Positions 35,873 through 43,905 of a stretch of 64,000 nt of DNA are shown here, piece by piece. The stretch covers positions 3,412 through 67,411 of the forward strand of contig JASFWK010000002.1 in assembly GCA_050049355.1 (NCBI GenBank). The letters are read 5' to 3'. Every line of letters starts with the position of its first letter. The stretch's first letter is position 1. The notes under the pieces were generated by a model, which saw only the letters and a program-made list of their open reading frames with translations, ran no database searches and had not been told where the DNA came from. The translations under genes and the position numbers were made by a program. Source of the stretch: Anaerolineae bacterium (GTDB taxonomy: Bacteria > Chloroflexota > Anaerolineae > B4-G1 > DUEL01).

Positions 35873-35999
35873 CGGCCCTCTTCCGAGTAGGCAAGAATGT
35901 CTTGGCGCCTAAGGACCTGCCGCAGGTTAGACCGCGTTTGAGAGCTTGTGTTTGAGCAAGAGTGCTCTACATATGTCACTATTGAGGCGATCCGACGCC

Positions 36000-36027
36000 A
36001 TTATAGCATAGTTGCTCAGGGTGTCAA
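36000..36027 (-). promoter_or_regulatory. consensus sigma-70 promoter upstream of paaX and the aromatic array (TTGACA-N16-TATAAT on the minus strand)
   Basis: The minus strand reads ATTGACAccctgagcaactatgcTATAATgg. The -35 abuts the dnaE2 stop codon. Small palindromes GAGCActctTGCTC and CAAGAcatTCTTG (minus-strand reading) lie between the promoter and the paaX start. Confidence 0.55.
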
Positions 36028-39000
36028 TTACCGCACATCGGGCTCCAGAGGAACTACCCGCCGCGCCAGCACGCTGATGGCCTCCCCTCGCCGCTGGACC
36101 CATCCCTCCACCACCACGAAAGCCGATCGCAGGGACTTCCGGCTGGCCTCGTACACCTTGGGTTTCAACACCACGTTGATCAAGCCCCCATCATCCTCCA
36201 GCGCCAGAAATGCCGTGCCGCCCGCCGTAGGCGGGCGTTGGCGGGAGACGACCACTCCCCCCACCCACACCTTTGCCCCATCCCTCACATCTGGCAGCCC
36301 CCGACTTGGCGTCACCCCTATCGCCCGCAGTTGGGATGCTACCAGCGACACTAGATGCTCGCGCGAGGAGATCCCCGTGTAGGCCACCTCGGTCCACAGC
36401 CGCCCTCGCCGGGAAAGGAATCCGAACCGGGGGCGTTCCTCTGGGATCGACAAGTCGAACGTGGACGGACCCTCACCCGCCTCCAACGCCGCCTTGAGAT
36501 CCCACAGAAGCTGCCGCCGGGGGACCCCCCAACCGTCAAACGCCCCTGCCCAGATCAGCGCCTCCACCGCCTTGCGGCCCAGGCGCGTCCTGCGGCAGAA
36601 GTCAGCCAGGGAGCGGAAGGGGGCAGAGCGACGTGTCTGCGTCACTCGCTCGCTCCCGGTCTCTCCCAGCCCAGCCACCACCGACAGGCCCAGCCGGATC
36701 GCCTCCCCCTCTACTGTCGCCCGCACCTCCGACGTCTCCACATCCACTGGTCGGATCTCCACCCCACACCGTCGCGCCTCGGAGACGATCACATGGGCCG
36801 GATAGAAGCCCATCGGCTGGTTCCTGAGCAGCGCGGCGAAGAAGGCTGCCGGGTGGTAGCGGCGCAGCCAGGCCGATTGATAAGTGAGCACGGCGAAGGC
36901 AGCCGCGTGGCTCTTGGGGAAGGAATAGCCTCCAAAGGCCAGAAGCTTGGCGAAGACTCGCTCGGCAACCTTCCGATCCACCCCACACTCCGCAGCACCG
37001 TGCAAGAAACGCTCGCGGAAGCGTTCGATCTCCTCCCCGGCGCGCTTGTGAGAGAGCGCTCGACGCAACAGCTCCGCCTCCCCCGGCGTGAACCCGGCCA
37101 GGTCGCGTGCCACCTTCAGCACCTGCTCCTGGAAGATGATCACCCCCAGCGTCTCCTCCAGCGCCGGTTGGACCAGGGGATGGAGGTAGCTAACCGGCTC
37201 CAGGCCCTGCCGACGACGCAGGTAGGGATAAACCATCTGTGCCTGGAGTGGACCGGGGCGGATGAGACTGATCTCGACCACCAAATCGGCAAAGGAACGC
37301 GGCTGGAAGTGAGGGATCAAGTTGGCCTGAGCTCTGGATTCCACCTGGAAGAGCCCAATTGTCTCTCCCCGACAGATCATATCGTAGACCTGAGGGTCGT
37401 CGTTTGGAAGGCAATCCACATCAGGCCGCTCCCCCGTCTGAGCTTTGACTATGGTCACAGCGTCCTCAATAGCGGAGAGCATGCGCAATCCCAACAGATC
37501 TACCTTGATCAGTCCCGCCCCCTCCAGCGCCTCCTTATCCCATTGAGTGACCGTCCGCCCCTCCATCGCCGCCAGCCCTTCGCCAGGTTCAGGACGCCGC
37601 TCCAGCGGCACCAACTCACACAGCGGCGGGTCGGAGAGAACCATCCCCCCGTTGTGGATTCCGGTATGCCGCGGGATACCGGCCAGCTGGGGGACGATGC
37701 GCAAGAGGTGCTGGAACGGTTTGCCTGCAGTATCGTCGCCGAAAGATTCGACCAACCCGCGCGACTCCTCGACACTCTCGGCATCCCTCACGTCCAACAC
37801 TCTCGCCAACCGCTCCACAAGCGCCGGGGAAAAGCCCAGCACCCGCGCCACATCTCGCACCGCCGAGCGGGCGCGGAAGGTGACCAGTGTACATGCCATC
37901 GCTGCGCGCTCCCTCCCGTACCGCTGGTAGACGTACTGGATGACCTCCTCTCGCCGGTCGGCGGCGAAGTCGATATCTATATCAGGCGCGTCGCGTCGCC
38001 GGGGGGAGAGAAACCGCTCGAAGACCAGATCGCAGGCCACCGGATCGATGGGAGTAATACCCAAGAGATATGCCACCAGGGAGTTAGCCGCGCTCCCTCG
38101 TCCCTGGCAGCGAATACCGGCGTCGTGGGCAAAGCGGACAATATCCCAGACGATAAGGAAGTAGTTGGCCAATCCCATCTGGGTTATGATCGCCAGTTCC
38201 TTATCCAGGAGCTCCCAGGGAGGATCGGTAGGGTAACGTTCCCGCAGCGCCCTTAGGCACCGATCGCGCAAGAAGGCATTGGCGGTGCGACCCTTGGGTA
38301 GAGGAAAGCGGGGTAGAGTCTGAGGTCCCCCGGGGAGGAAGGTATCGGCCGGGGCACAGCGCTCAGAGATGCGTAAGGTGCTCTCCAGAACAGAAGGAAC
38401 TCGGTCGAAGAGGGCAGCCATCTCCTCCGGAGAACGGAAGTGGTACTCGTCGTTGGGCCGCAGGAGCTCCCCCGCGTCCTCAAGGGTGACGTGATGGCGG
38501 ATGCAGGTGAGGACGTCGTGAACTTCCCGCTGACGGGGATGGAGATAGTGAACATTGCCAGTGGCCACCGCTGAGAGCCCCACTCGGTCGGCCAGAGTCA
38601 ACAGTCGTCCTGCCAGCCGCAGGTCGCCGGGGTGGTAGTGGCGCTGGAGTTCAATGAAGAAACGCTCCGACCCAAAGAGACGAGCGTAGCCTCGGGCCAC
38701 CTCAAGCGCCCGTTCCTTCTCTCCCGCCGCCACCAGGCGCGGGATCTCCCCCCGCCGACAGCCGGAGAGAGCAATCAGCCCGTCGGCATGGGCGGCCAGA
38801 TCGGAGCGTGCCAGCCGCGCCCTCCCCTTGGGCTGGCCCCAATGGGCCAGAGTGAGCAGACGACAGAGGTTGGCGTACCCCTGTCGCGTCTCCGCCAGGA
38901 GGGTGAGGTGGCTTTCATCACTCAGCGTCACCTCCGCCCCCAGGATGGGCTTTATGCCTGCCTCTTGAGCTGCCCGCACGAAGCGTACAGCTCCGTACAG

Positions 39001-39168
39001 CCCATCGTGATCAGTGAGAGACAAAGCCCCCATCCCGCAGGCCGCCGCCCGGGCCACCAGCTCCTCCGGGGCGGGAACTCCATCCAGGAGGCTGTGGCTG
39101 GAGTGAGCGTGGAGTTCGACGTAACCGACGGAGGGCCTCCCTATAGATACCGGCGCTCCAACCACCAT
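36028..39168 (-). CDS. dnaE2: error-prone DNA polymerase III alpha subunit DnaE2 (ImuC)
   Basis: 1046 aa with an N-terminal PHP domain (YVELHAHSSHSLLDG) and a Pol III alpha core. It overlaps the imuB-like gene upstream and lies behind a LexA box. Confidence 0.9.
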   Translation of the reverse strand: MVVGAPVSIGRPSVGYVELHAHSSHSLLDGVPAPEELVARAAACGMGALSLTDHDGLYGAVRFVRAAQEAGIKPILGAEVTLSDESHLTLLAETRQGYANLCRLLTLAHWGQPKGRARLARSDLAAHADGLIALSGCRRGEIPRLVAAGEKERALEVARGYARLFGSERFFIELQRHYHPGDLRLAGRLLTLADRVGLSAVATGNVHYLHPRQREVHDVLTCIRHHVTLEDAGELLRPNDEYHFRSPEEMAALFDRVPSVLESTLRISERCAPADTFLPGGPQTLPRFPLPKGRTANAFLRDRCLRALRERYPTDPPWELLDKELAIITQMGLANYFLIVWDIVRFAHDAGIRCQGRGSAANSLVAYLLGITPIDPVACDLVFERFLSPRRRDAPDIDIDFAADRREEVIQYVYQRYGRERAAMACTLVTFRARSAVRDVARVLGFSPALVERLARVLDVRDAESVEESRGLVESFGDDTAGKPFQHLLRIVPQLAGIPRHTGIHNGGMVLSDPPLCELVPLERRPEPGEGLAAMEGRTVTQWDKEALEGAGLIKVDLLGLRMLSAIEDAVTIVKAQTGERPDVDCLPNDDPQVYDMICRGETIGLFQVESRAQANLIPHFQPRSFADLVVEISLIRPGPLQAQMVYPYLRRRQGLEPVSYLHPLVQPALEETLGVIIFQEQVLKVARDLAGFTPGEAELLRRALSHKRAGEEIERFRERFLHGAAECGVDRKVAERVFAKLLAFGGYSFPKSHAAAFAVLTYQSAWLRRYHPAAFFAALLRNQPMGFYPAHVIVSEARRCGVEIRPVDVETSEVRATVEGEAIRLGLSVVAGLGETGSERVTQTRRSAPFRSLADFCRRTRLGRKAVEALIWAGAFDGWGVPRRQLLWDLKAALEAGEGPSTFDLSIPEERPRFGFLSRRGRLWTEVAYTGISSREHLVSLVASQLRAIGVTPSRGLPDVRDGAKVWVGGVVVSRQRPPTAGGTAFLALEDDGGLINVVLKPKVYEASRKSLRSAFVVVEGWVQRRGEAISVLARRVVPLEPDVR

Positions 39169-40559
39169 CGGTCGCTGCTCCGATCGCGGAAGACGATCCG
39201 CACCTGCCCATCAGGGGTCTCAGCGCGATAGTAATCGCGCAACACGGGCCGGGCCCACCAACGGCGTCGCTCCCGCCAGTGCTCGTAGATCCGAGGAAGA
39301 GGAAGAATGTGATCAGGGAAGATCAGGGCACGAGGAAATCCCATGGGGTCAGTAGTCACCTGTATAGGGCGAGGCGGCGGCGGGCCCAACAGCGATGCGA
39401 CGACGATGATCATCTCCCCGAACCGCTCCCGCAGGCGCCGAAGGACCTCCTGCAGGCGGGTGTGGCGGCTGTCAGCGGGTCCGCTGAAGAGGGTCAGCTG
39501 GGTGGCTCCCAGGTAGGCCGGGCGGAGAGGGTAAAGGACTACCTTCAGGTCAGCCACTGGGTGGGAGGGACTCGGCCGATCCAAGAGTGCAACCGCCTGT
39601 CGGGTGAGCCGTTCAGGGTCAGCGGTGGGCGGCTCCACCGAAGTAGCGACAGTATGGGTATCTCCCTCTTCATCCTCCACACACAGCTGTAGCCCTTCGG
39701 CCTGGTAGCCTCGTTGGGAGATGTCGGCGGCCAGCGCAGCGACGATGCGTCCCGTCCAGGCGGCGAGGGGCCCTCGGTTGACCACGGGCGGCTCAAAGAT
39801 GTGAGCTCCCTCCAACACCAGGGGCGGCGCATCGGAGTGAACCGGACGAGGATCGCGTGCCGAGGCGAGGTCGTGCAGGAAGCCCGCGTGGGAGCCAAAC
39901 TGACGAATCAAAGCCAGACGTGGCAGCTTCGCCAACGCACCCAGGGTGCGGATGCCTAACTGATGCAGCCGGTGGAGGACCTCAGGCTCGGCGGGGAGGG
40001 TGGAAAGCGGCAGCGGGGAGAGGAAGGCACACTCCTGACCAGCTGGCACTGCGCACCAACTACCGGGACTTTGCCCTGAGCCTGTCGAGGGAGGGGCGGC
40101 GCGGGCGGCCTGCTCGGCAGTGAAACGATCACCCGCCAATCCTACGCGGACGTCCAACCGGGCGGCTTGCCCGATCTCCGCCGCCATCCGGCGGGGCAGC
40201 TGGGTATCGGAGCCAGAGGATGACCCCGAGCCAGTCACATCAGCAAAGAGCAGGCCCATATCTGCCGTCTCCACCCGATCGGTAAACCGACGAAGGGCTC
40301 CCTCCAGCACCTGGTGGGCAGCGCGATAGGCAGGCTCGTCGGCGGGGAGAAAGCAGGCCTTGGGGCAGAGAACTTCGGCGCGGGAGAGGCGCATCCCGGG
40401 TTGGACGCCAGAGGTTTCAGCCTCCGGGCAGCAATCGAGGACCATACTGGGCTCCCATGGCCGTCCGCCAACGACCACGAGACGGCCATCGAGGGTTGGG
40501 TCGCGAATCTTTTCCACCTGCACCGGAACGTGGGGAGCCAGCAAGCAGACAATCCTCAT
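39141..40559 (-). CDS. imuB: ImuB-like Y-family-polymerase-fold protein (SOS mutasome subunit)
   Basis: The N-terminus MRIVCLLAPHVPVQVE... resembles Y-family/ImuB starts, and the 3' end overlaps dnaE2 by 28 nt. The track start at 40628 is an in-frame alternative that would be nearly leaderless relative to the promoter. Confidence 0.75.
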   Translation of the reverse strand: MRIVCLLAPHVPVQVEKIRDPTLDGRLVVVGGRPWEPSMVLDCCPEAETSGVQPGMRLSRAEVLCPKACFLPADEPAYRAAHQVLEGALRRFTDRVETADMGLLFADVTGSGSSSGSDTQLPRRMAAEIGQAARLDVRVGLAGDRFTAEQAARAAPPSTGSGQSPGSWCAVPAGQECAFLSPLPLSTLPAEPEVLHRLHQLGIRTLGALAKLPRLALIRQFGSHAGFLHDLASARDPRPVHSDAPPLVLEGAHIFEPPVVNRGPLAAWTGRIVAALAADISQRGYQAEGLQLCVEDEEGDTHTVATSVEPPTADPERLTRQAVALLDRPSPSHPVADLKVVLYPLRPAYLGATQLTLFSGPADSRHTRLQEVLRRLRERFGEMIIVVASLLGPPPPRPIQVTTDPMGFPRALIFPDHILPLPRIYEHWRERRRWWARPVLRDYYRAETPDGQVRIVFRDRSSDRWWLERRYL

Positions 40560-40621
40560 CGGGCGAGACTCATACCGCGCCGGGGGCGGTGCAACGAGCA
40601 GACCTTGCACGCCAGGCGCAT

Positions 40622-40635
40622 AGAACATCTGTTCT
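40622..40635. promoter_or_regulatory. LexA (SOS) box of the GAAC-N4-GTTC (Cheo-box) type
   Basis: Perfect palindrome AGAACATCTGTTCT, 6 nt downstream of the -10 hexamer of the imuB-dnaE2 promoter. Confidence 0.8.
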
Positions 40636-40641
40636 AAGGGG

Positions 40642-40669
40642 ATTATACCGGGGTGGAGCGAGATGTCAA
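40642..40669 (-). promoter_or_regulatory. consensus sigma-70 promoter of imuB-dnaE2 (TTGACA-N16-TATAAT on the minus strand)
   Basis: The minus strand reads cTTGACAtctcgctccaccccggTATAATcccct, followed by the LexA box. Confidence 0.7.
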
Positions 40670-40866
40670 GAAGCGAATCCCACTATCCGCACACCGCGCG
40701 CGCCGACCCAAAGGAGGATGCTTCGATCTGGAGGTGCCCTGCCCTATGACCTGGATCTAGGCTGCCCGCCCTCAAAAGCCTGGCTCGCCGCCGAAGCAAC
40801 CCGTTCAAGAGCGGGGCGGGACTTGGGCAGATTGACCATAGTGGAGCGAGGAGAGGCAACGCCGGC

Positions 40867-41826
40867 TCATCGCGTGATTCGTTCCGGCAGGATATAGGGA
40901 TACTTCCTGCCCAGGAGCCCGTATACCCAGCGGTCGATCTTCCTGAAAGCCAGATAGATCCTCCAGATCCAGGCATCTTCACGGTAATAGGCCTTGACCT
41001 CTTCTGACGTGAGCGGTTTGATATCCTCTTCCATCTCAGAAGCGAAAAACTGGTTGGCCGTGCGCACCAGCTGAGGCACCAAATCAGGGCGCTGCTCCTT
41101 ATAGAAGTTGGCGATTAGATCCACCACCACGTACCGAAAATCGTAGTAGCGAGTCATCACGTCCTCCAGGAAGAGCAGCCGGATAATCCAGACCAGGAAG
41201 GAGGGCGCGCTGCGCAGGAAGAGCTCGGGATCTAACTGCTCCTCACCCTGTCTTTGCAGCAGTGGCGTGCTGGTATCGAAGTAGACCAGCTCCACCTCCT
41301 CTCCCAGCCGCGGCGCCTCCGGCTCCCAATCCACGATCGCCCAATTGGAGATCTGCCCATCGAAGCCAACCGCCAGCCTGTCGCTGTTGAAGTCGAAGAC
41401 TTTCTTCGTCTGCCTCAGCGCAGCACGGACCAACCGGTGGATATCCTCGGGAACGAGGCGATGGATCGCCTTATGACCGATGGCCTGGCGAGGGAGTCTT
41501 TCCTGAACGATGTAGATGATGACCCGATCTTCCTGTACAAGTCGAACCGTTTGGCTAGGAACGACCTGTATACCCACGCGGTTTCGCAGCACGCCGACGT
41601 ATTCCGCATACAGGGCTTCATAGCGCGCCGCTTCGTCCTCGGTCTTGAACATCGGCAGCCTCTTGTGAGCCAGATGATGCGCGCCCTCGGTTTCGATCGC
41701 CAGAACCGTGCTGATTTCCCCATAACCCAGGACGCTGGCTGGTATCCTGCTCCTCTCCGGGAACCGGAGATTCAGATTCTCCTCGAACGCTTCAAGCAAC
41801 TGAAGGTCAACCCGCAGATCGGTCAT
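40867..41826 (-). CDS. protein-kinase-like-fold protein, function unknown
   Basis: 319 aa. Kinase-like landmarks read by eye are a Gly-rich loop GYGEISTV, LAHKRL (beta3 Lys), FDGQISNW (catalytic D...N) and YFDTS (DFG-like). Its ATG overlaps the aminotransferase stop (ATGA). Confidence 0.5.
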   Translation of the reverse strand: MTDLRVDLQLLEAFEENLNLRFPERSRIPASVLGYGEISTVLAIETEGAHHLAHKRLPMFKTEDEAARYEALYAEYVGVLRNRVGIQVVPSQTVRLVQEDRVIIYIVQERLPRQAIGHKAIHRLVPEDIHRLVRAALRQTKKVFDFNSDRLAVGFDGQISNWAIVDWEPEAPRLGEEVELVYFDTSTPLLQRQGEEQLDPELFLRSAPSFLVWIIRLLFLEDVMTRYYDFRYVVVDLIANFYKEQRPDLVPQLVRTANQFFASEMEEDIKPLTSEEVKAYYREDAWIWRIYLAFRKIDRWVYGLLGRKYPYILPERITR

Positions 41827-43106
41827 CGCGCACCGCCAAGTTCCAGCATGCGCCCCATAGCCTCAAGGGCCTTATCCACACGCGCTAGTATCTCGTCGGC
41901 CAGATCACGGCCGGTGATCAGCGGCGGCAACAGCTGCACTATCCGCGGATCGTTGTTGGCGTACACAGCGAGGAGACCACTCTCATAGGCAGTCCTGGAG
42001 AAGAGTGGACCGCATTGCTCGTTGACCATCTCGATCCCCATCATCAACCCCAGCTGCCTCAGCCCGACGAGGGTGTCGGGGTGCCTCTCCTTCAGCCATT
42101 CGAAGCCCTTCGAGAAGACCGAAGCGATCTCCTCGACGTGGGAGAGGAAGTCGGGGCGTGAAGTGAGCTCCAGGACCTTCAGCGCCACAGGACATCCTAC
42201 CTCGGCACCGCCAAAGGTCGAGATGTGAATAAAGGGATCCTCGTGGAAGATTGCTTCGTACATTCCCCTGAAACAGGTCGCGGTGATGGGGTAGATCCCA
42301 CCGGAGAGCCCCTTGCCGATCACCATGATGTCGGGCACGACGTCGAAGTGCTCAATTCCCCACAGTCTCCCTGTCCTACCAAGGCCTGCCTGGACCTCGT
42401 CAACGATCATCAGGATGCCCTTCCTGTCGCAGAGATCGCGTACCCGAGGAAAGAAATCGTCATCAGGGATGGGCATACCGTAAGTGGCGGGGATGGTTTC
42501 GAGCAACACCGCTGCCGTGTCTTCGTCCAGAGTCTCTTCCAGCGCCTCGACGTTGTTGAACGGAACCTGCACGAAGCCCGACGGCATTGGGCCGAAAGGA
42601 GCGCGGTACCTCTCGTCACCCGCTGCCAGGGCCAGCCCGGTGTGGCCATGGTATCCTCCCTTGGCCGAGATCACCTTAGGTCTCCCCGTGTATCCCCGAG
42701 CCACCTTGATGGCCAGATCCACTGCCTCCCCACCCCCGACGCCGAAAACGGTGTACGCCAGATCCCCCGGAGCGAGTTCGGCCAGCCGCTTGGCGAGGGT
42801 TGCTCGCTGTTCACTGACCAGGTGATGGTTGCCGATGTCAAGTTCCCGAAGACTCTGCTGCAGGACTTCAATGATCTCCGGGTTCCTGTGTCCCAGGTTG
42901 AAGACTCCGCCATTGCAGTGGCAGTCAATCAATCGGCGCTCGTCGGTCACGTCCCAGAGATAGGAGCCCTCCCGTCGTCCCAGCACAAAGTCGATGCCGG
43001 CTGACTGGAAGAACCTCACCTTCCCCGAGGAGACGTGCTGAGCGAACAGGTCTACGAGCTCGTCCTTGGTATGCATCCCACGGTACATACTTCGTGTGGT
43101 CCCCAC
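41823..43106 (-). CDS. class-III (ornithine/GABA-type) PLP-dependent aminotransferase-family enzyme
   Basis: 427 aa with GNHHLV, GGEAVDLAIK, DEVQAGLGRTG and the Schiff-base context IGKGLSGG. GTG start with a strong GGAGGGGAG RBS. Confidence 0.85.
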   Translation of the reverse strand: MGTTRSMYRGMHTKDELVDLFAQHVSSGKVRFFQSAGIDFVLGRREGSYLWDVTDERRLIDCHCNGGVFNLGHRNPEIIEVLQQSLRELDIGNHHLVSEQRATLAKRLAELAPGDLAYTVFGVGGGEAVDLAIKVARGYTGRPKVISAKGGYHGHTGLALAAGDERYRAPFGPMPSGFVQVPFNNVEALEETLDEDTAAVLLETIPATYGMPIPDDDFFPRVRDLCDRKGILMIVDEVQAGLGRTGRLWGIEHFDVVPDIMVIGKGLSGGIYPITATCFRGMYEAIFHEDPFIHISTFGGAEVGCPVALKVLELTSRPDFLSHVEEIASVFSKGFEWLKERHPDTLVGLRQLGLMMGIEMVNEQCGPLFSRTAYESGLLAVYANNDPRIVQLLPPLITGRDLADEILARVDKALEAMGRMLELGGAR

Positions 43107-43480
43107 AGGTGCTCCCCTCCAGTTTGACTACGTGGCTTGCTGCGGCATGCCGTGATCGTTGATCCCTGGTCATTCGATGATCCCTCGTCGGTACCGTCCT
43201 CCCTTCGCTTCAGGAGCCTGCAGGCTGTCGAACGCGACCACCGACCTCCACGGTCTTCGTTGGCGGGCCAGTCATCCGATGGCGACCCGCTGGTCGGGCG
43301 ATGGCAGGGAAGAGGTCAGTCGGCACGCGCGCCGGGGCCCAGATGCGGGGGGACGGGGAGCGCCAGATCGAATGGACAGCAGCTGCAACGCATGCGCCCA
43401 CCCCGTACTCGTCCAGTGCCACAACCCATTCCGTCTGCCGATGAGAGTATAGCACAGCCCAAAGAAGGCACAACACGTTC

Positions 43481-43508
43481 TTGTAATTTGATGCCTCTGT
43501 GCTAGAAT
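43481..43508 (+). promoter_or_regulatory. candidate promoter of spoVS (TTGTAA-N16-TAGAAT)
   Basis: TTGTAA at 43481-43486, a spacer ending in TGTGC, and TAGAAT at 43503-43508. The AGGAGG RBS is at about 43534-43539. Confidence 0.5.
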
Positions 43509-43545
43509 GACACCAGATCGAGCCAGACTCCCAAGGAGGCTCACA

Positions 43546-43827
43546 GTGAACGAACAAGCAAATCTCCTCAAAGTCGCGAGCAACTCCCCTTCCACGGCTG
43601 TGGCCGGCGCCATCGCCGGGATGGTTCGGGAAGGAAAAGAGCCAATCGTCCAGGCCATCGGCGCTGGGGCGGTCAACCAGGCAATTAAAGCCGTGGTCAT
43701 CGCGCGCACCTACCTGGCAGAGGATGGGATAGATATCGCGTGCGTCCCGTCCTTTGTCGAGGTGGAGATTGAGGGCCAAGAGCGGACCGCAGTGAGGCTC
43801 GAAGTCAACAGACGACAGCCGGACTGA
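43546..43827 (+). CDS. spoVS: SpoVS-family protein
   Basis: LKVASNSPSTAVAGAIAGMVREGKEPIVQAIGAGAVNQAIKAVVIARTYL...IACVPSFVEVEIEGQERTAVRL matches the SpoVS family. A GTG at 43546 lies 7 nt after AGGAGG and gives about 93 aa. The upstream in-frame ATG at 43507 overlaps the -10 hexamer and is unlikely. Confidence 0.85.
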   Translation: MNEQANLLKVASNSPSTAVAGAIAGMVREGKEPIVQAIGAGAVNQAIKAVVIARTYLAEDGIDIACVPSFVEVEIEGQERTAVRLEVNRRQPD

Positions 43828-43905
43828 GACACAAGGATTCACCAACCTGCCCAGCACGCCGCGTCCGCGGATCCAGACGGCTCAGACATCAGATGCGCGT
43901 TATAC

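Noticed and set aside
2491-36030. The aromatic gene array as a genomic island integrated at tRNA-Phe.
   Set aside because: No integrase, no direct repeat of the tRNA 3' end and no obvious compositional break were seen within the window. Adjacency to a tRNA alone is insufficient.
43210-43857. A 215-aa minus-strand ORF spanning the spoVS region.
   Set aside because: It is antisense to a well-conserved SpoVS sequence that has its own promoter and RBS, and it has no recognisable motifs.
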